Position numbers and translations under genes: made by a program. Positions 1 through 10,415 of a stretch of DNA of 64,000 nucleotides are shown in pieces. This DNA is from Nitrospira sp. GTDB taxonomy: Bacteria; Nitrospirota; Nitrospiria; Nitrospirales; Nitrospiraceae. The notes below the pieces were generated by a model that had not been told where the DNA came from, did no database searches, and saw only the letters and a program-made list of their open reading frames with translations. Each line of letters starts with the position of its first letter. Position 1 is the first letter of the stretch. The DNA is taken from positions 248 through 64,247 of the forward strand of contig VGXB01000003.1 of the NCBI GenBank assembly GCA_016873515.1, in the 5' to 3' direction.

Positions 1-23
1 CTTACGCACTTCTAAAAATCCCC

Positions 24-43
24 AGTGCCTAAATAGTGCCTAA
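24..43 (+). repeat. Two direct repeats AGTGCCTAA with 11-bp period
   Basis: AGTGCCTAA at 24-32 and 35-43. Confidence 0.6.
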
Positions 44-120
44 CCAGCCTGCCCCGATGCCTGGGGTTGGGCTGGGGCTTCCTGTTTATCGGACTCAAGG
101 GCAGTCATCGCCGTGCGAAG

Positions 121-498
121 ATGGGCCGGTGTTACGAGTATTATCTGTCTTCTGAAGGGATCGTGGGACATCTCACGGAGCTGATGGCCGAAATTCAGTG
201 GATGATCGATAGCCTCAATCAAGGTGTGACGCAGGACTTCAATTTGACTGCCGAATTCAGCACATTCCAAGCAGCGTGCAAGCAAGTTCGGAATCCACAC
301 ATGACGTTAGCCCTGCATCCGACCGCGATTGAGGTGCTGACCCAGCGGGAAGCGAAGGAAATTCTGCACATTGTGTGGGAAGTGCTGGGTGCTCGTGTCT
401 GCGAGGCCCAGGTGCCCCCGCAATCGTATCGATCCGCAAACGCGATGTCTGAATCTGTTTGTGTATCAGCGACGATGGCACCGGATTCGTACCAGTAG
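121..498 (+). CDS. Hypothetical protein
   Basis: Open frame 67-498; ATG at 121 (MGRCYEYY...) gives a protein-like sequence; no recognised motif. Confidence 0.35.
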   Translation: MGRCYEYYLSSEGIVGHLTELMAEIQWMIDSLNQGVTQDFNLTAEFSTFQAACKQVRNPHMTLALHPTAIEVLTQREAKEILHIVWEVLGARVCEAQVPPQSYRSANAMSESVCVSATMAPDSYQ

Positions 499-825
499 AT
501 GGTCGGATTCAGAGTGAGAGAGTGGGGGCTGATCGAATCTCGAGCGCGGAAGCTCAGAGGCATCGTGCGCACGCACGTTGAAGAAAGCCGGGGTGTGCAG
601 CTTCTGGTCGAGTTCTCGTTGGAGCCGATACATGTCCCTGCGTGACACAATCCAGTTCGATGTTCCCTCCTCCGAGTGACACGAACAGTCGCCATGTTGG
701 ACGCGTGGATGAGCGGGAGACGATGACGATCACCATCGCACTTCATTCATTGACGCCTTTGGCGTCGGTTGTGTATAAGGAATCAGTATTTTCCTGTCAC
801 GGCAACTTTGTGAAAATGGAGTGCT

Positions 826-1938
826 ATGTCCGCACGCGAATTTCATGACGGCACGCAAGACGGATTAGTGGCTGTCGAGGCTCTTGACCCGTCGAAAATT
901 TCTTCTTTCGACGATCTGCTCACGGCGATGAGCAAGACCGCATTCGGCGGCCGCAAGCTGGGGGAAGCCTTTGAAGTGCTGTGGACGATGATTCAAGATC
1001 CCGACTGTAAGGTCGTCATGACGTTGTCCGGAGCCATGACCATCGCCAAGATGGGCAAGATCATCAGTATGATGATCGATCACGGCATGGTGCAATGCAT
1101 CGTGTCCACGGGGGCACTGATCGCCCACGGCCTCAGTGAATCCATCGGCAAGACGCATTACCAGCATCATCCGTCGATGAGCGACGAAGAACTGTTTCGC
1201 AAGGGGTATAACCGCGTCTACGACACCCTGGAGATGGAAGCGAATTTGAATTATGTCGAGCATGTAGTATCGGAGACGTTGAAACGGATCGACCCCGACC
1301 GGCCGCTCTCCTCGGAAATCATGACACGTGAGCTGGGAAAGACACTGGTCGAGGAGTATGGCGGCGAGGGAATTCTGAAGAGCGCTTATCTGAAAAAAGT
1401 GCCGGTGTTCATTCCCGCTTTTACCGATTCCGAAGTCGGCCTCGATGTCGGGACCTGGGCGATGGCTCGGGAACTCGATCGGGCCCGCTCTCGCACCAAC
1501 GGAAAAGGAGATTTGGCGGTCTTGACGGCGATCCACCAGTCCAGTCCGTCATTCAATCCCTATCTCGATCTCAACAGTTATGCTGATCACGTGCTCTCAG
1601 CGAAGCGGCTAGGGATTTTTACCATTGGCGGGGGCGTGCCCAGGAACTGGGCGCAGCAGGTCGGCCCCTATATCGAAATCGGCAACCTGCGCCTTGGGCT
1701 CAGTGTGAAGCCGCCCCGCTTTCACTATGGAGTCAGGGTGTGCCCTGAACCGGACTATTGGGGTGGGCTGAGCGGATGTACGTATCAAGAAGGGCTTTCA
1801 TGGGGGAAATTCGTGACCCCGAACGACGGAGGGCGGTTTGCCGAAGTGCTGAGTGATGCGACGGTCGTGTGGCCGCTGCTGATGATGGGGTTGATGGAGC
1901 GACAACGGAAGAGGACCGATGGGGTCGGCCATCCATGA
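826..1938 (+). CDS. Deoxyhypusine synthase-like protein (probable homospermidine synthase, SpeY-like)
   Basis: DHS motifs TLSGAM, GYNRVYD, PAFTDS, IGGGVPRNW, GGLSGCT and EGLSWGK with the catalytic Lys. Confidence 0.9.
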   Translation: MSAREFHDGTQDGLVAVEALDPSKISSFDDLLTAMSKTAFGGRKLGEAFEVLWTMIQDPDCKVVMTLSGAMTIAKMGKIISMMIDHGMVQCIVSTGALIAHGLSESIGKTHYQHHPSMSDEELFRKGYNRVYDTLEMEANLNYVEHVVSETLKRIDPDRPLSSEIMTRELGKTLVEEYGGEGILKSAYLKKVPVFIPAFTDSEVGLDVGTWAMARELDRARSRTNGKGDLAVLTAIHQSSPSFNPYLDLNSYADHVLSAKRLGIFTIGGGVPRNWAQQVGPYIEIGNLRLGLSVKPPRFHYGVRVCPEPDYWGGLSGCTYQEGLSWGKFVTPNDGGRFAEVLSDATVVWPLLMMGLMERQRKRTDGVGHP

Positions 1939-2573
1939 CGATGACGGGCCTGCGGGTCGTGTTACCGGTGGTCCTCTGTGGCCTGCTCTGGCCCCTGTTC
2001 CTCTGGGCTGCGGACACCACGGAGGCTGATGAGCGGGTCAGAGGCCGGGCGAGTGCGCCGCTAACCCTGATTGAATACTCCGATTTTACGTGCGGCTACT
2101 GCCTGAAATTTTTCAAGGATACCTGGCCGCGCATTCACGCCCGCTATGTCGAGACTGGCAAGGTCCGATTTCTCTACCGGGATTATCCCCGTGCCGATCA
2201 GGGACCCGGGATTGATGCCGCGATGGCCGCACGCTGTGCTGGTGAACAAGGCAAGTACTGGACGATGCATGATCGGTTGTTTGCGGAAGGCGGGCGGCTT
2301 CACAGCACGGTCTATGTTGAGCACGCTGCCGCGATCGGATTGAACCGCTCTGCGTTCGACCGCTGTGTCAAGGAGGGACGGTACGCGAAGTCGATCTTCG
2401 AGGATCGGCAAGAGGCTAACCGCTGGGGGTTTCGTGGCACACCGGGCTTTATCCTGGTGCGGACGAACAACGAGCCGACCGAAAAAGAGCCAGCGGTGGC
2501 GATTCCGGGGGCGTTTCCGTTCGAGATGTTTGCCGAGGAGATCGATCGATTGCTTGCCAGCTCTCCGCAGTGA
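1935..2573 (+). CDS. DsbA-family thioredoxin-fold protein
   Basis: ATGA overlap with the DHS gene; signal/TM segment; EYSDFTCGYC (CxxC) and GTP cis-Pro loop. Confidence 0.88.
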   Translation: MTMTGLRVVLPVVLCGLLWPLFLWAADTTEADERVRGRASAPLTLIEYSDFTCGYCLKFFKDTWPRIHARYVETGKVRFLYRDYPRADQGPGIDAAMAARCAGEQGKYWTMHDRLFAEGGRLHSTVYVEHAAAIGLNRSAFDRCVKEGRYAKSIFEDRQEANRWGFRGTPGFILVRTNNEPTEKEPAVAIPGAFPFEMFAEEIDRLLASSPQ

Positions 2574-2665
2574 CACGCGATAAGATCGAGGCTGAATCAG
2601 CCGGCTCGGTTCGTAGTGAGTGGTGGAACATATTCATTCGATTCGTAGGAAGGTAGGACCGTCTC

Positions 2666-2935
2666 ATGGCGTCACAGTCATTTTGGCCCGTCTCTCATCG
2701 GGATGACGATTTTTGGGTGTGCATGTCGTGCTTGGGAGAGGTCTTCTATCGAAAAGTTCCCATGCCTGATTGCCCCTCCTGTCACGGGGTTTCGACGTAC
2801 GAAGGGTTTACCCTCGAAGCCATCCGGAATTGGGGTACTGAAGACCTGATTGCCCGGGCTGTGGTAGCGCAAGAAGCGGCCGCCGTGGCTCAGCCTGTCG
2901 CTGAATCAGCTGCGTCGGTCGAAGCGGCGGATTAA
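2666..2935 (+). CDS. Small zinc-ribbon hypothetical protein
   Basis: CMSC...CPSC; purine-rich SD (AGGAAGGTAGG) upstream. Confidence 0.7.
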   Translation: MASQSFWPVSHRDDDFWVCMSCLGEVFYRKVPMPDCPSCHGVSTYEGFTLEAIRNWGTEDLIARAVVAQEAAAVAQPVAESAASVEAAD

Positions 2936-2961
2936 TCATTCCCGACTCCGCGAGCGTCCCC

Positions 2962-4404
2962 GTGCAGGAACCGCGTCCCTTTCTTGTTCATGGCCAATGG
3001 AAGCACGGCGAGCAGACCGCTCGCGTTGTCAATCCATTTACGGGGCAACTAATCGCCGACGTCGTTCAAGCCACGGAAGCCGAGGTGGAACAAGCCGTCG
3101 CGTCCACGGCTGATGCGGCGGTGGCGATGAGCAAGCTTCCGGCGCATGTCCGCTACAATATGCTGCAGCAGATCGCCGCGCTTCTCTATCGGCGGCGCGA
3201 GGAGCTGGCCTCGCTGATCACCGCTGAGGCCGGCAAGCCGATCGCCGATGCAAAACGGGAAGTCAGCCGGGCGGTGCAAACCTTTACTGTCGCGGCGGAG
3301 GAGTCCAGGCGAATTCCCAGCGATGTGATCCCGCTTGATTGGATGCCCGGCACCGATTCGCATCTGGCCATCATGCGGCGCATGCCGATCGGTCCCATTC
3401 TCGGCATTACCCCGTTTAACTTCCCATTGAATCTGGTGGCGCACAAAGTCGCTCCCGCGCTCGCCGCCGGCAACTCAATCCTTATCAAGCCGGCTCCGCA
3501 GACGCCGCTGACGGCCTTGATGTTGGGCCAGATCGCCTTGGAAGCGGGAGTGCCTCCGGGCGGGTTTAACGTGGTCCCCTGTGACAACGGACTCGCGGAA
3601 CGCATGGTAGTGGACCCACGGTTCAAACTGCTAAGTTTCACCGGCAGCGCGGCGGTCGGCTGGAGGCTAAAGGCCAAATGTGGGAAAAAGAAAGTCACGC
3701 TTGAACTTGGGGGCAATGCAGGAGTGATAATCGAGCCCGATGCCGAGCTCGATCTGGCGGCGCAACGCTGTGCGGTGGGTGGATTCGGCTATGCCGGCCA
3801 GACCTGCATCTCTGTGCAACGGGTGTTCGTTCATCAGTCGGTTGTGGATGTGTTCACCACGAAGCTGTTGATGCACGTCGCGCGATTGAAGGCCGGCGAT
3901 CCGACCGATGAGACGACCACCATCGGCCCCGTGATCGATCAGGCGGCTGCCCACCGGATCGAGAACTGGATCAGCGATGCCGTAGCCCAAGGTGCGCAGG
4001 TGTTGTTGGGTGGCAGACGGATGGGATCGGTCGTTGAGGCGACAGTGCTGGCGGACGTGACCATGAAGATGAAAGTGTCGTGTGAGGAGGTCTTCGGTCC
4101 TGTGGTTACGGTGACGCCGTACCGTCAGCTCAGTGACGCGATCGCTTTGCTGAATCAATCTGAGTATGGGCTGCAAGCCGGCCTGTTTACGCAAGATGTG
4201 AACAAGATCTTCTACGCCTTTCGCCATTTGGAAGTCGGCGCGGTGTTGGCGAATGAGATTCCCACATTCCGTGCCGACCATATGCCCTATGGCGGGGTGA
4301 AAGATTCCGGTCTGGGACGCGAAGGGATCAGCGCCGCCATCGAAGACATGACGGAGCCCAGACTGCTGGTGTTGAATCTCAAAGATCCGCCAGGCGCGGC
4401 ATGA
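2962..4404 (+). CDS. NAD(P)-dependent aldehyde dehydrogenase
   Basis: ITPFNFP, KPA, FTGS, LELGGN, GQTCIS (catalytic Cys), EEVFGP, YGGVKDSG. Confidence 0.95.
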   Translation: MQEPRPFLVHGQWKHGEQTARVVNPFTGQLIADVVQATEAEVEQAVASTADAAVAMSKLPAHVRYNMLQQIAALLYRRREELASLITAEAGKPIADAKREVSRAVQTFTVAAEESRRIPSDVIPLDWMPGTDSHLAIMRRMPIGPILGITPFNFPLNLVAHKVAPALAAGNSILIKPAPQTPLTALMLGQIALEAGVPPGGFNVVPCDNGLAERMVVDPRFKLLSFTGSAAVGWRLKAKCGKKKVTLELGGNAGVIIEPDAELDLAAQRCAVGGFGYAGQTCISVQRVFVHQSVVDVFTTKLLMHVARLKAGDPTDETTTIGPVIDQAAAHRIENWISDAVAQGAQVLLGGRRMGSVVEATVLADVTMKMKVSCEEVFGPVVTVTPYRQLSDAIALLNQSEYGLQAGLFTQDVNKIFYAFRHLEVGAVLANEIPTFRADHMPYGGVKDSGLGREGISAAIEDMTEPRLLVLNLKDPPGAA

Positions 4405-4571
4405 AAAATTTCATCGGTGAATATTGCGAAGCGGATTTAATCTTGATACAACACTGTAAGTAATGTCCTGAGAAAATCTGGTCCGTTCGTATGTCAAAGC
4501 GGCGCCTGCGCAAGTCTCACTGACAAACTATAGCACCAGATTCATCGGGGTGAATCAATCAGACGAAAGGA

Positions 4572-5117
4572 ATGGCAATGGTACCAACGCAAATGTTTTT
4601 GACGAGAGGGGTAGGAGTCCATAAGGAAAAACTGGCATCCTTCGAGGAGGCGTTACGCAGTGCCGGTGTGGCGTACTGCAACCTTGTCAGCGTGTCTTCC
4701 ATTTTGCCGCCGAATTGCAAAATCGTCCCCCGGAAGCGCGGGGAGAAACTCTTGAGCCCGGGGGAAATCACGTTTTGTGTCATGGCCCGGTCCGAAACAA
4801 ATGAGCGCAACCGGCTAGTATCTGCGTCCGTCGGGTTGGCGAAACCCACAGATCGCCAGGGCTACGGGTATTTGTCGGAGCACCATGCGCACGGTGAGAC
4901 AGACGAGGAAACCGGAGAATACACGGAAGATCTCGCGGCCCAGATGCTGGCGACGACGTTGGGCGTCAAGTTTGACCCGAATGTCGCCTGGAAAGAGCGC
5001 GAGCAGGTGTTTAAGATGGGCGGCAAAATCGTGAAGACCTTGAATATCACGCAGTCGGCTGTCGGCAAGCCGGGCAAGTGGACCACAGTCATCGCCCTGG
5101 CAGTCTTCATTCCTTGA
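4572..5117 (+). CDS. pdaD: Pyruvoyl-dependent arginine decarboxylase
   Basis: [11 protein letters not shown] (Ser-Ser autocleavage site), GYGYLSEHH; lies directly upstream of agmatinase. Confidence 0.9.
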   Translation: MAMVPTQMFLTRGVGVHKEKLASFEEALRSAGVAYCNLVSVSSILPPNCKIVPRKRGEKLLSPGEITFCVMARSETNERNRLVSASVGLAKPTDRQGYGYLSEHHAHGETDEETGEYTEDLAAQMLATTLGVKFDPNVAWKEREQVFKMGGKIVKTLNITQSAVGKPGKWTTVIALAVFIP

Positions 5118-5203
5118 GAACATGCCCGTACACATTCCCGCTGTTGATCGCGCAATTTCCGTGTTGAGAGAGTTGAGCGAGCGGCGCACGTGATGGATGT
5201 CTC

Positions 5204-6136
5204 ATGACGCTTCCCGCCGGCTGGGAAGGACCGGAGCAGAACTTTCTCGGACTCGATGAGCCCTGGTGTCATCCGGATCGGGCTGGCGTCTATGTGCTGC
5301 CGGCCCCCTACGAACACACCTCCAGCTACATCCTCGGGTCGGATCGCGGTCCGTCCGCCATTCTCGAAGCCTCCTGCCAAGTGGAGTTCTACGACGAGCA
5401 GCTTCGATGCGAACCCTATCGCGAATGGGGCGGCATCGCCACCGCATCGGCGTTGGATCTCGGTGGCAAGGTTGATCGCGACGCCGTTGAGGCCATCGAG
5501 CAATTTGTCGTGCCGCATGTCGGGACCGGGCGATTGCTCGTCACGCTGACGGGTGAACATACCGGCGCGCTGGGCGCGATCCGCGCCCATGCCAAGCGGT
5601 ATCCATCTATGTGTGTCGTGCAGATCGATGCGCACGGCGATTTGCGCGAGGCTTACCAAGGCAACCCGTTCAGCCATGCCAGCGTGATGGCACGGGTGGT
5701 TGAGGACGGACTCCCACTGGTGCAGGTTGGCATCCGATCCATCAGCGCTGAGGAAATCACACGGATCGAACAGTCGGAGCGGATCGCCACATTTTTCGCC
5801 GCGAACATCCTGGATCCTTCCGGTCCTTACGGAGGACATGCGGCGCAATGGATTCCCGATGTGGTGGCCGCGTGCCGGGGGCCGGTCTATCTGACGTTCG
5901 ACTGCGATGGGCTGGATGCGTCGATCGTGCCGGCATTGGGCACACCGGAGCCGGGCGGGCTGGGCTGGTATGATACCCTCAATTTGGTGGCCGCGCTGGC
6001 CAACGGACCCGGCATCGTCGGGATGGATGTGAGCGAAATCGCCCCCATCGACGGATTCGCCGCACCGCAATTCTCCATCGCCCGCCTGATCTATCGTATG
6101 CTCGGCCGTGTGAGAGCCGGCCGACGCGTGCACTGA
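5204..6136 (+). CDS. speB: Agmatinase (ureohydrolase family)
   Basis: GEH, DAHGD, FDCDGLD, GTPEPGG metal-binding motifs. Confidence 0.9.
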   Translation: MTLPAGWEGPEQNFLGLDEPWCHPDRAGVYVLPAPYEHTSSYILGSDRGPSAILEASCQVEFYDEQLRCEPYREWGGIATASALDLGGKVDRDAVEAIEQFVVPHVGTGRLLVTLTGEHTGALGAIRAHAKRYPSMCVVQIDAHGDLREAYQGNPFSHASVMARVVEDGLPLVQVGIRSISAEEITRIEQSERIATFFAANILDPSGPYGGHAAQWIPDVVAACRGPVYLTFDCDGLDASIVPALGTPEPGGLGWYDTLNLVAALANGPGIVGMDVSEIAPIDGFAAPQFSIARLIYRMLGRVRAGRRVH

Positions 6137-6187
6137 GCCGGATACTGAATCAAACCGGCCGCTTTATTCTCGCGCGACTGATTTCCT

Positions 6188-6910
6188 GTGGATCAACCCA
6201 TTCGCATCAATAAATTCTTTACAGAACAAGGGATGTGCTCCCGGCGCGAGGCAGATCGCCTGGTTGAATCTGGGGCCGTCACGGTCAACGGCCAAGTGGC
6301 CAAGCTGGGCGATCGCGTGGGTCCGGCGGACGTCATTGCCAGAGACGGGCAGGTGATTCCCTGGGGCAAGCCCTCCATCTATATCAAGTATCACAAGCCG
6401 GCCGGTGTGACGACGACCAGTGAAGCTCATGTTGAACGCAACATCATCGCGGAGATCGGCCACCCCGAGCGAATTTTTCCGATCGGGCGGCTGGACAAAG
6501 ATTCCTCCGGCCTAATTCTCCTCACCAACGACGGCAACATCGTGAATGAGATTTTGCGTACTGAATTCGGGCATGAGCGCGAATATATCGTCGAGGTCGA
6601 CCGGCCGTTCAACCAAGCGTTCTTGGACCGGATGTCCGGAGGCGTGATCGTACTCGGGAGCCAAACCAAACCCTGCCGGATAAGCCGGGCCGGGCACAGC
6701 CGATTTCGGATTGTGCTGACCGAGGGCCGCAACCGGCAGATCCGTCGGATGTGCCAGGTACTGAGCTATCGGGTGACGAGTCTGCACCGAGTCCGGATCA
6801 TGCACATCACGGTGCAGGGACTGAGGGTCGGACAGTGGAAAGAACTGGCCAAGCAGGAGAAGGATCAATTGTTGAAGGCCGTGGGCCGTGCCGGAGCGTC
6901 ACCGTCATGA
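6188..6910 (+). CDS. RsuA/RluF-family rRNA pseudouridine synthase
   Basis: N-terminal S4 domain (RINKF...SRREAD), GRLDKDSSG catalytic motif, EGRNRQIRRM. Confidence 0.92.
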   Translation: MDQPIRINKFFTEQGMCSRREADRLVESGAVTVNGQVAKLGDRVGPADVIARDGQVIPWGKPSIYIKYHKPAGVTTTSEAHVERNIIAEIGHPERIFPIGRLDKDSSGLILLTNDGNIVNEILRTEFGHEREYIVEVDRPFNQAFLDRMSGGVIVLGSQTKPCRISRAGHSRFRIVLTEGRNRQIRRMCQVLSYRVTSLHRVRIMHITVQGLRVGQWKELAKQEKDQLLKAVGRAGASPS

Positions 6911-6920
6911 AGACTGTGGG

Positions 6921-7119
6921 CTAGTTGTGCAATTCTCGCCGGATGGCCTCAACGAGGGCGAGCACGGTCGAATGTTTGCGCCGCCGCTCCGCGGTAATCG
7001 CGTAGAAACACTGTTTCGGCAAGTCCAGCTTTCCGACTACCTGCACCTGGTACTGGCGGCAGATTTTTTTGGCCACAGTCGAGCCGGGGAAGACCCCGTA
7101 CCCATCCTGCCCAAACGCC
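6921..7119 (-). pseudogene. nhaR: C-terminal relic of an NhaR-like LysR regulator
   Basis: AFGQDGYGVFPGSTVAKKICRQYQVQVVG...FYAITAERRRKH resembles the NhaR C-terminus; no HTH or N-terminal part; similarity stops at ~7119. Confidence 0.7.
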
Positions 7120-8358
7120 GTGCCCTGGGCGCAAACCATCAGCGCCAACGGCAAAGTTTCTGCCTATACGCCGTACGAACGACCGCAGAATCTCGAAGCC
7201 CAGATCACCGGGCGAGTCAAGGCGTGGCATGTGTATGAAGGTGTGAAGGTCAAACAGGGTGATCTGATTGCAGAACTCCAAGATTATGACCCGAACTTCA
7301 TGGCACCTGAGCTGCTCGAACTTCTGGAACAGCAAAAGGTCGCCCTGCAGCAGCAACGTCAGGCGGCATTAGCCAGGGCCGATCAACTCAACAAGCGGAT
7401 CGGTCAAATGAAGAACCTCGTGCGAGCGGCAGTGCCGTCAGCCGATGCCCACGTCGTCGAGGCAGAAAACAGAATCCGGGAAGCCCAGCAAAAACTCGAA
7501 GCCATCAAGATCGATGTAACCACCGCGCTACTCAATGTGAATCGCCACCGACAACTGGTCAACGATGGCTTGGTTTTGCAACGGGAACTCGAATTGACCA
7601 TTCAGGCTGAGATCACCTCAAAAGTCTCGTTGCAGGAGGCGCAGGCTAATTTGCGGGCGGCCGAACAGGCGCGATCCGCCTTGTTCTTCGGCCGGGATCA
7701 AATCACCGCCGATGTGTGGCAAAAGCTGATTGACGCCGAAGCGTCGCGCGACCAAGCTGTGACCGATGCCTCGAAGGCATTAGACCAATTGGCTGACGTA
7801 TCCGTCCGGCAGGAAAATGCTCAACAGCGTATCGATCGGGCCAGGATCCTGGCGACGATGGACAGGACCATCGTGAAGATGTCCAAAGTCGGCGTCGGTG
7901 AAACGGTGAAACAGGGTGAAACGATTGTCACCCTGTCCCCCACCGCGTCTGATAGAGCGATCGAAATGGTTGTTGAAGGATTGGACGCACCCTTGTTAGT
8001 CCCTGGGCGTAAGGTTAAGATCCTTATCTTCGGTGTGCCCGCCATTCCGCTGCCGGCCTGGCCTGCTCTGATGGCCGGAACCTGTACCGGTATTATCAAG
8101 GTGGTCGACCAGATCGACGACGGAAAAAGCAATTATCGATTCTGGGTGGTTCCGGATCCTGAAGATCCCCAGTCATGGCCCGAACAATCACAGGTGCGGC
8201 AAGGCCCCAAGGTACTGGGTTGGGTCATCTTCAATCGTGTGCCTCTCTGGTATGAATTGTGGTGGCGTTTTAACTTCTTCCCGCCGGATTATCTGGAGCG
8301 GGACCCAAGCATTCTCGAAGTGCTCTCCCCCAAAACGACAGGGATGGGTTTGAAGTAA
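7120..8358 (+). pseudogene. 5'-truncated HlyD-family type I secretion adaptor
   Basis: Similarity begins at VPWAQTISANGKV; biotinyl-like VYEGVKVKQGD, coiled coil and beta-barrel follow; the N-terminal TM anchor is missing and upstream in-frame codons are antisense nhaR. Confidence 0.7.
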
Positions 8359-8408
8359 CGCTGTGACTGTCTCAAGACGCAAGATCGTATAGCTCTGTTT
8401 TAGAACAG

Positions 8409-8440
8409 GAGGGGGTGGAAAACCGCCCCCTCTGCGTTTT
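8409..8440 (+). terminator. Probable intrinsic terminator
   Basis: GAGGGGGTGG-AAAA-CCGCCCCCTC hairpin followed by a short T tract. Confidence 0.55.
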
Positions 8441-8523
8441 GTCCCTCATTCCATCAATTGAGCATGAATGGTGGTCTGCCTCCTTCCTTCACTCAGGCCA
8501 ATCTGCCTGCCTTTCCGATGGAC

Positions 8524-8552
8524 TTGACCGATCCAGCAGGACCCATTAAGTT
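8524..8552 (+). promoter_or_regulatory. Sigma70-like promoter candidate for purEK
   Basis: TTGACC-17 nt-TAAGTT. Confidence 0.4.
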
Positions 8553-8610
8553 GCTCACATCATCCGCGATCTCTCATTCAAGATCATGGAAAGCACAAGG
8601 TAGGTACCTT

Positions 8611-9195
8611 ATGAATACAAGAAAACCGCGGGTAAACCAGTACAGAAACAGAAAAGGAAAGCGCAGGGGGAAACCCATAGTTGGGGTCCTCGGAGGAAGT
8701 AAGTCAGACTTCCCCATATTAGAAAAGGCCGGAGGACTCTTAGCCCAACTTGCGATCCCCTATGAACTGTTGGTGGTATCTGCTCATCGAACCCCCGATC
8801 GATTATTTCAATACGCAGAAACGGCTCCGGGGCGAGGCATTGAAGTGATTATCGCGGGAGCAGGCGGGGCGGCACACCTTCCCGGCATGCTGGCGGCCAA
8901 AACACATCTTCCGGTCATCGGGGTGCCGATTCCCACGGAAAATCTTCGCGGCCTTGATTCCTTATTGTCCATTGTCCAAATGCCACGAGGCATTCCTGTG
9001 GCGACGGTCGCCATCGGCGGGGCGGAAAACGCGGCTCTTCTGGCGGCGCAGATCCTCGCCGGGAGATACCCCAGCATTGGTCAAGCGGTCAAACAGTACC
9101 GGGATGCCCAGACGGAAAGGGTCCTCAATTCCGTAGAAGCCCAAGAGATAAGCCTGAGCAATCTTGGCGCGGACGAACTGAGTCAGAGATCGTGA
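8611..9195 (+). CDS. purE: N5-CAIR mutase
   Basis: [41 protein letters not shown]; ATG 8611 preferred over 8458. Confidence 0.95.
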   Translation: MNTRKPRVNQYRNRKGKRRGKPIVGVLGGSKSDFPILEKAGGLLAQLAIPYELLVVSAHRTPDRLFQYAETAPGRGIEVIIAGAGGAAHLPGMLAAKTHLPVIGVPIPTENLRGLDSLLSIVQMPRGIPVATVAIGGAENAALLAAQILAGRYPSIGQAVKQYRDAQTERVLNSVEAQEISLSNLGADELSQRS

Positions 9196-10415
9196 AGGCA
9201 CAGATCCTTGAGCCTGGAGCGGTCCTTGGTGTGCTGGGCGGGGGGCAATTGGGAGCTATGTTCGCTGGCGCGGCGCGCCGTCTGGGCTATCGCGTTGCCG
9301 TGTGGGACCCTGACCGGGATGCGCCGGCCCATCAGCTGGCCGCGTACTCCTTTACCGCACCCTTCCTGGATGTCGAGACACGGGATCGCTTTTCCCAAAC
9401 CGTTCACGCCGTCACCTATGAATGGGAGAATATTCCAGCCGACCTCTGCGAATGGCTGGAACGTCGACATCCCGTCAGACCATCCGGCTTCGTCCTTCGG
9501 ATCATACAAGATCGCATTCAGCAGAAGCAGTTTCTAGAGGGACACAACCTTCCTGTTGCCCCCTTCGCAGTGATCGAGTCACCGGATCAATTACCAGAGG
9601 CGATCAGATCAATTGGCTTTCCAGCCCTGTGCAAGACTGCCCGCTCTGGGTATGACGGGAAAGGCCAGTGGTTCATTCAAGATCCAAGTGATGTCGCACA
9701 GGTCTCACGAGAGTTGTACGCCTGTACTCGGGATGGCCAGCGATGGATTCTTGAACAAGCTGTGACTTTCGAGCGAGAGGTATCCGTGCTCGTTGTCAGC
9801 GGACCAAATGGGAACTGCAGGACCTACCCCCCTGTCGATAATCGGCATGAGCGTGGCATCTTACGCCTAACTCTGGCACCGACATCCCTTCCTGTTGAAA
9901 CAGCCGCCAACGCGTCGCACCTTGCCGTCCAGGCTGTGTCGGCCTTGAATTCTCCAGGGGTGTTCTGCGTCGAGTTCTTTCACACAGCCGATGGGGCTTT
10001 GTTTATCAATGAAATTGCACCCCGTCCTCATAATTCTGGTCACTATACGCTGGACGCGTGTACGGTCTCGCAATTTGAACAGCAGGTGCGGATCCTGTGC
10101 GGCGTGATGATCGGTGAGGTTCAACTGCTTCGTCCAGCGGCGATGGTGAATTTGATCGGCAACGAAGTCAGTGCCGTCACAGCGGGATCAGGGTACAGCG
10201 ACCTGATGGCGATTCCTGGGGCCCTGCTGCATCTCTACGGTAAACGGACCATCAGAGCAGGTAGAAAGATGGGGCATGTGACGTTCTTGGCTGAGGAAAG
10301 ATCAGCGGCAGAAGAACGGGCGCTGGGGCTCATAAAACAGCTGAGTGAAAGGCCCTTCAGTGCTCTCGCCGGCGAACATGTCCCGGTGCAAAAAACGGAA
10401 CCTCGGGACGTTTGA
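9192..10415 (+). CDS. purK: N5-CAIR synthase
   Basis: [36 protein letters not shown]; overlaps purE by 4 nt. Confidence 0.95.
   Translation: MKAQILEPGAVLGVLGGGQLGAMFAGAARRLGYRVAVWDPDRDAPAHQLAAYSFTAPFLDVETRDRFSQTVHAVTYEWENIPADLCEWLERRHPVRPSGFVLRIIQDRIQQKQFLEGHNLPVAPFAVIESPDQLPEAIRSIGFPALCKTARSGYDGKGQWFIQDPSDVAQVSRELYACTRDGQRWILEQAVTFEREVSVLVVSGPNGNCRTYPPVDNRHERGILRLTLAPTSLPVETAANASHLAVQAVSALNSPGVFCVEFFHTADGALFINEIAPRPHNSGHYTLDACTVSQFEQQVRILCGVMIGEVQLLRPAAMVNLIGNEVSAVTAGSGYSDLMAIPGALLHLYGKRTIRAGRKMGHVTFLAEERSAAEERALGLIKQLSERPFSALAGEHVPVQKTEPRDV

Noticed and set aside
8458-8610. 51-aa N-terminal extension of PurE
   Set aside because: Contains a promoter-like -35/-10 pair and no PurE similarity; ATG 8611 fits better.
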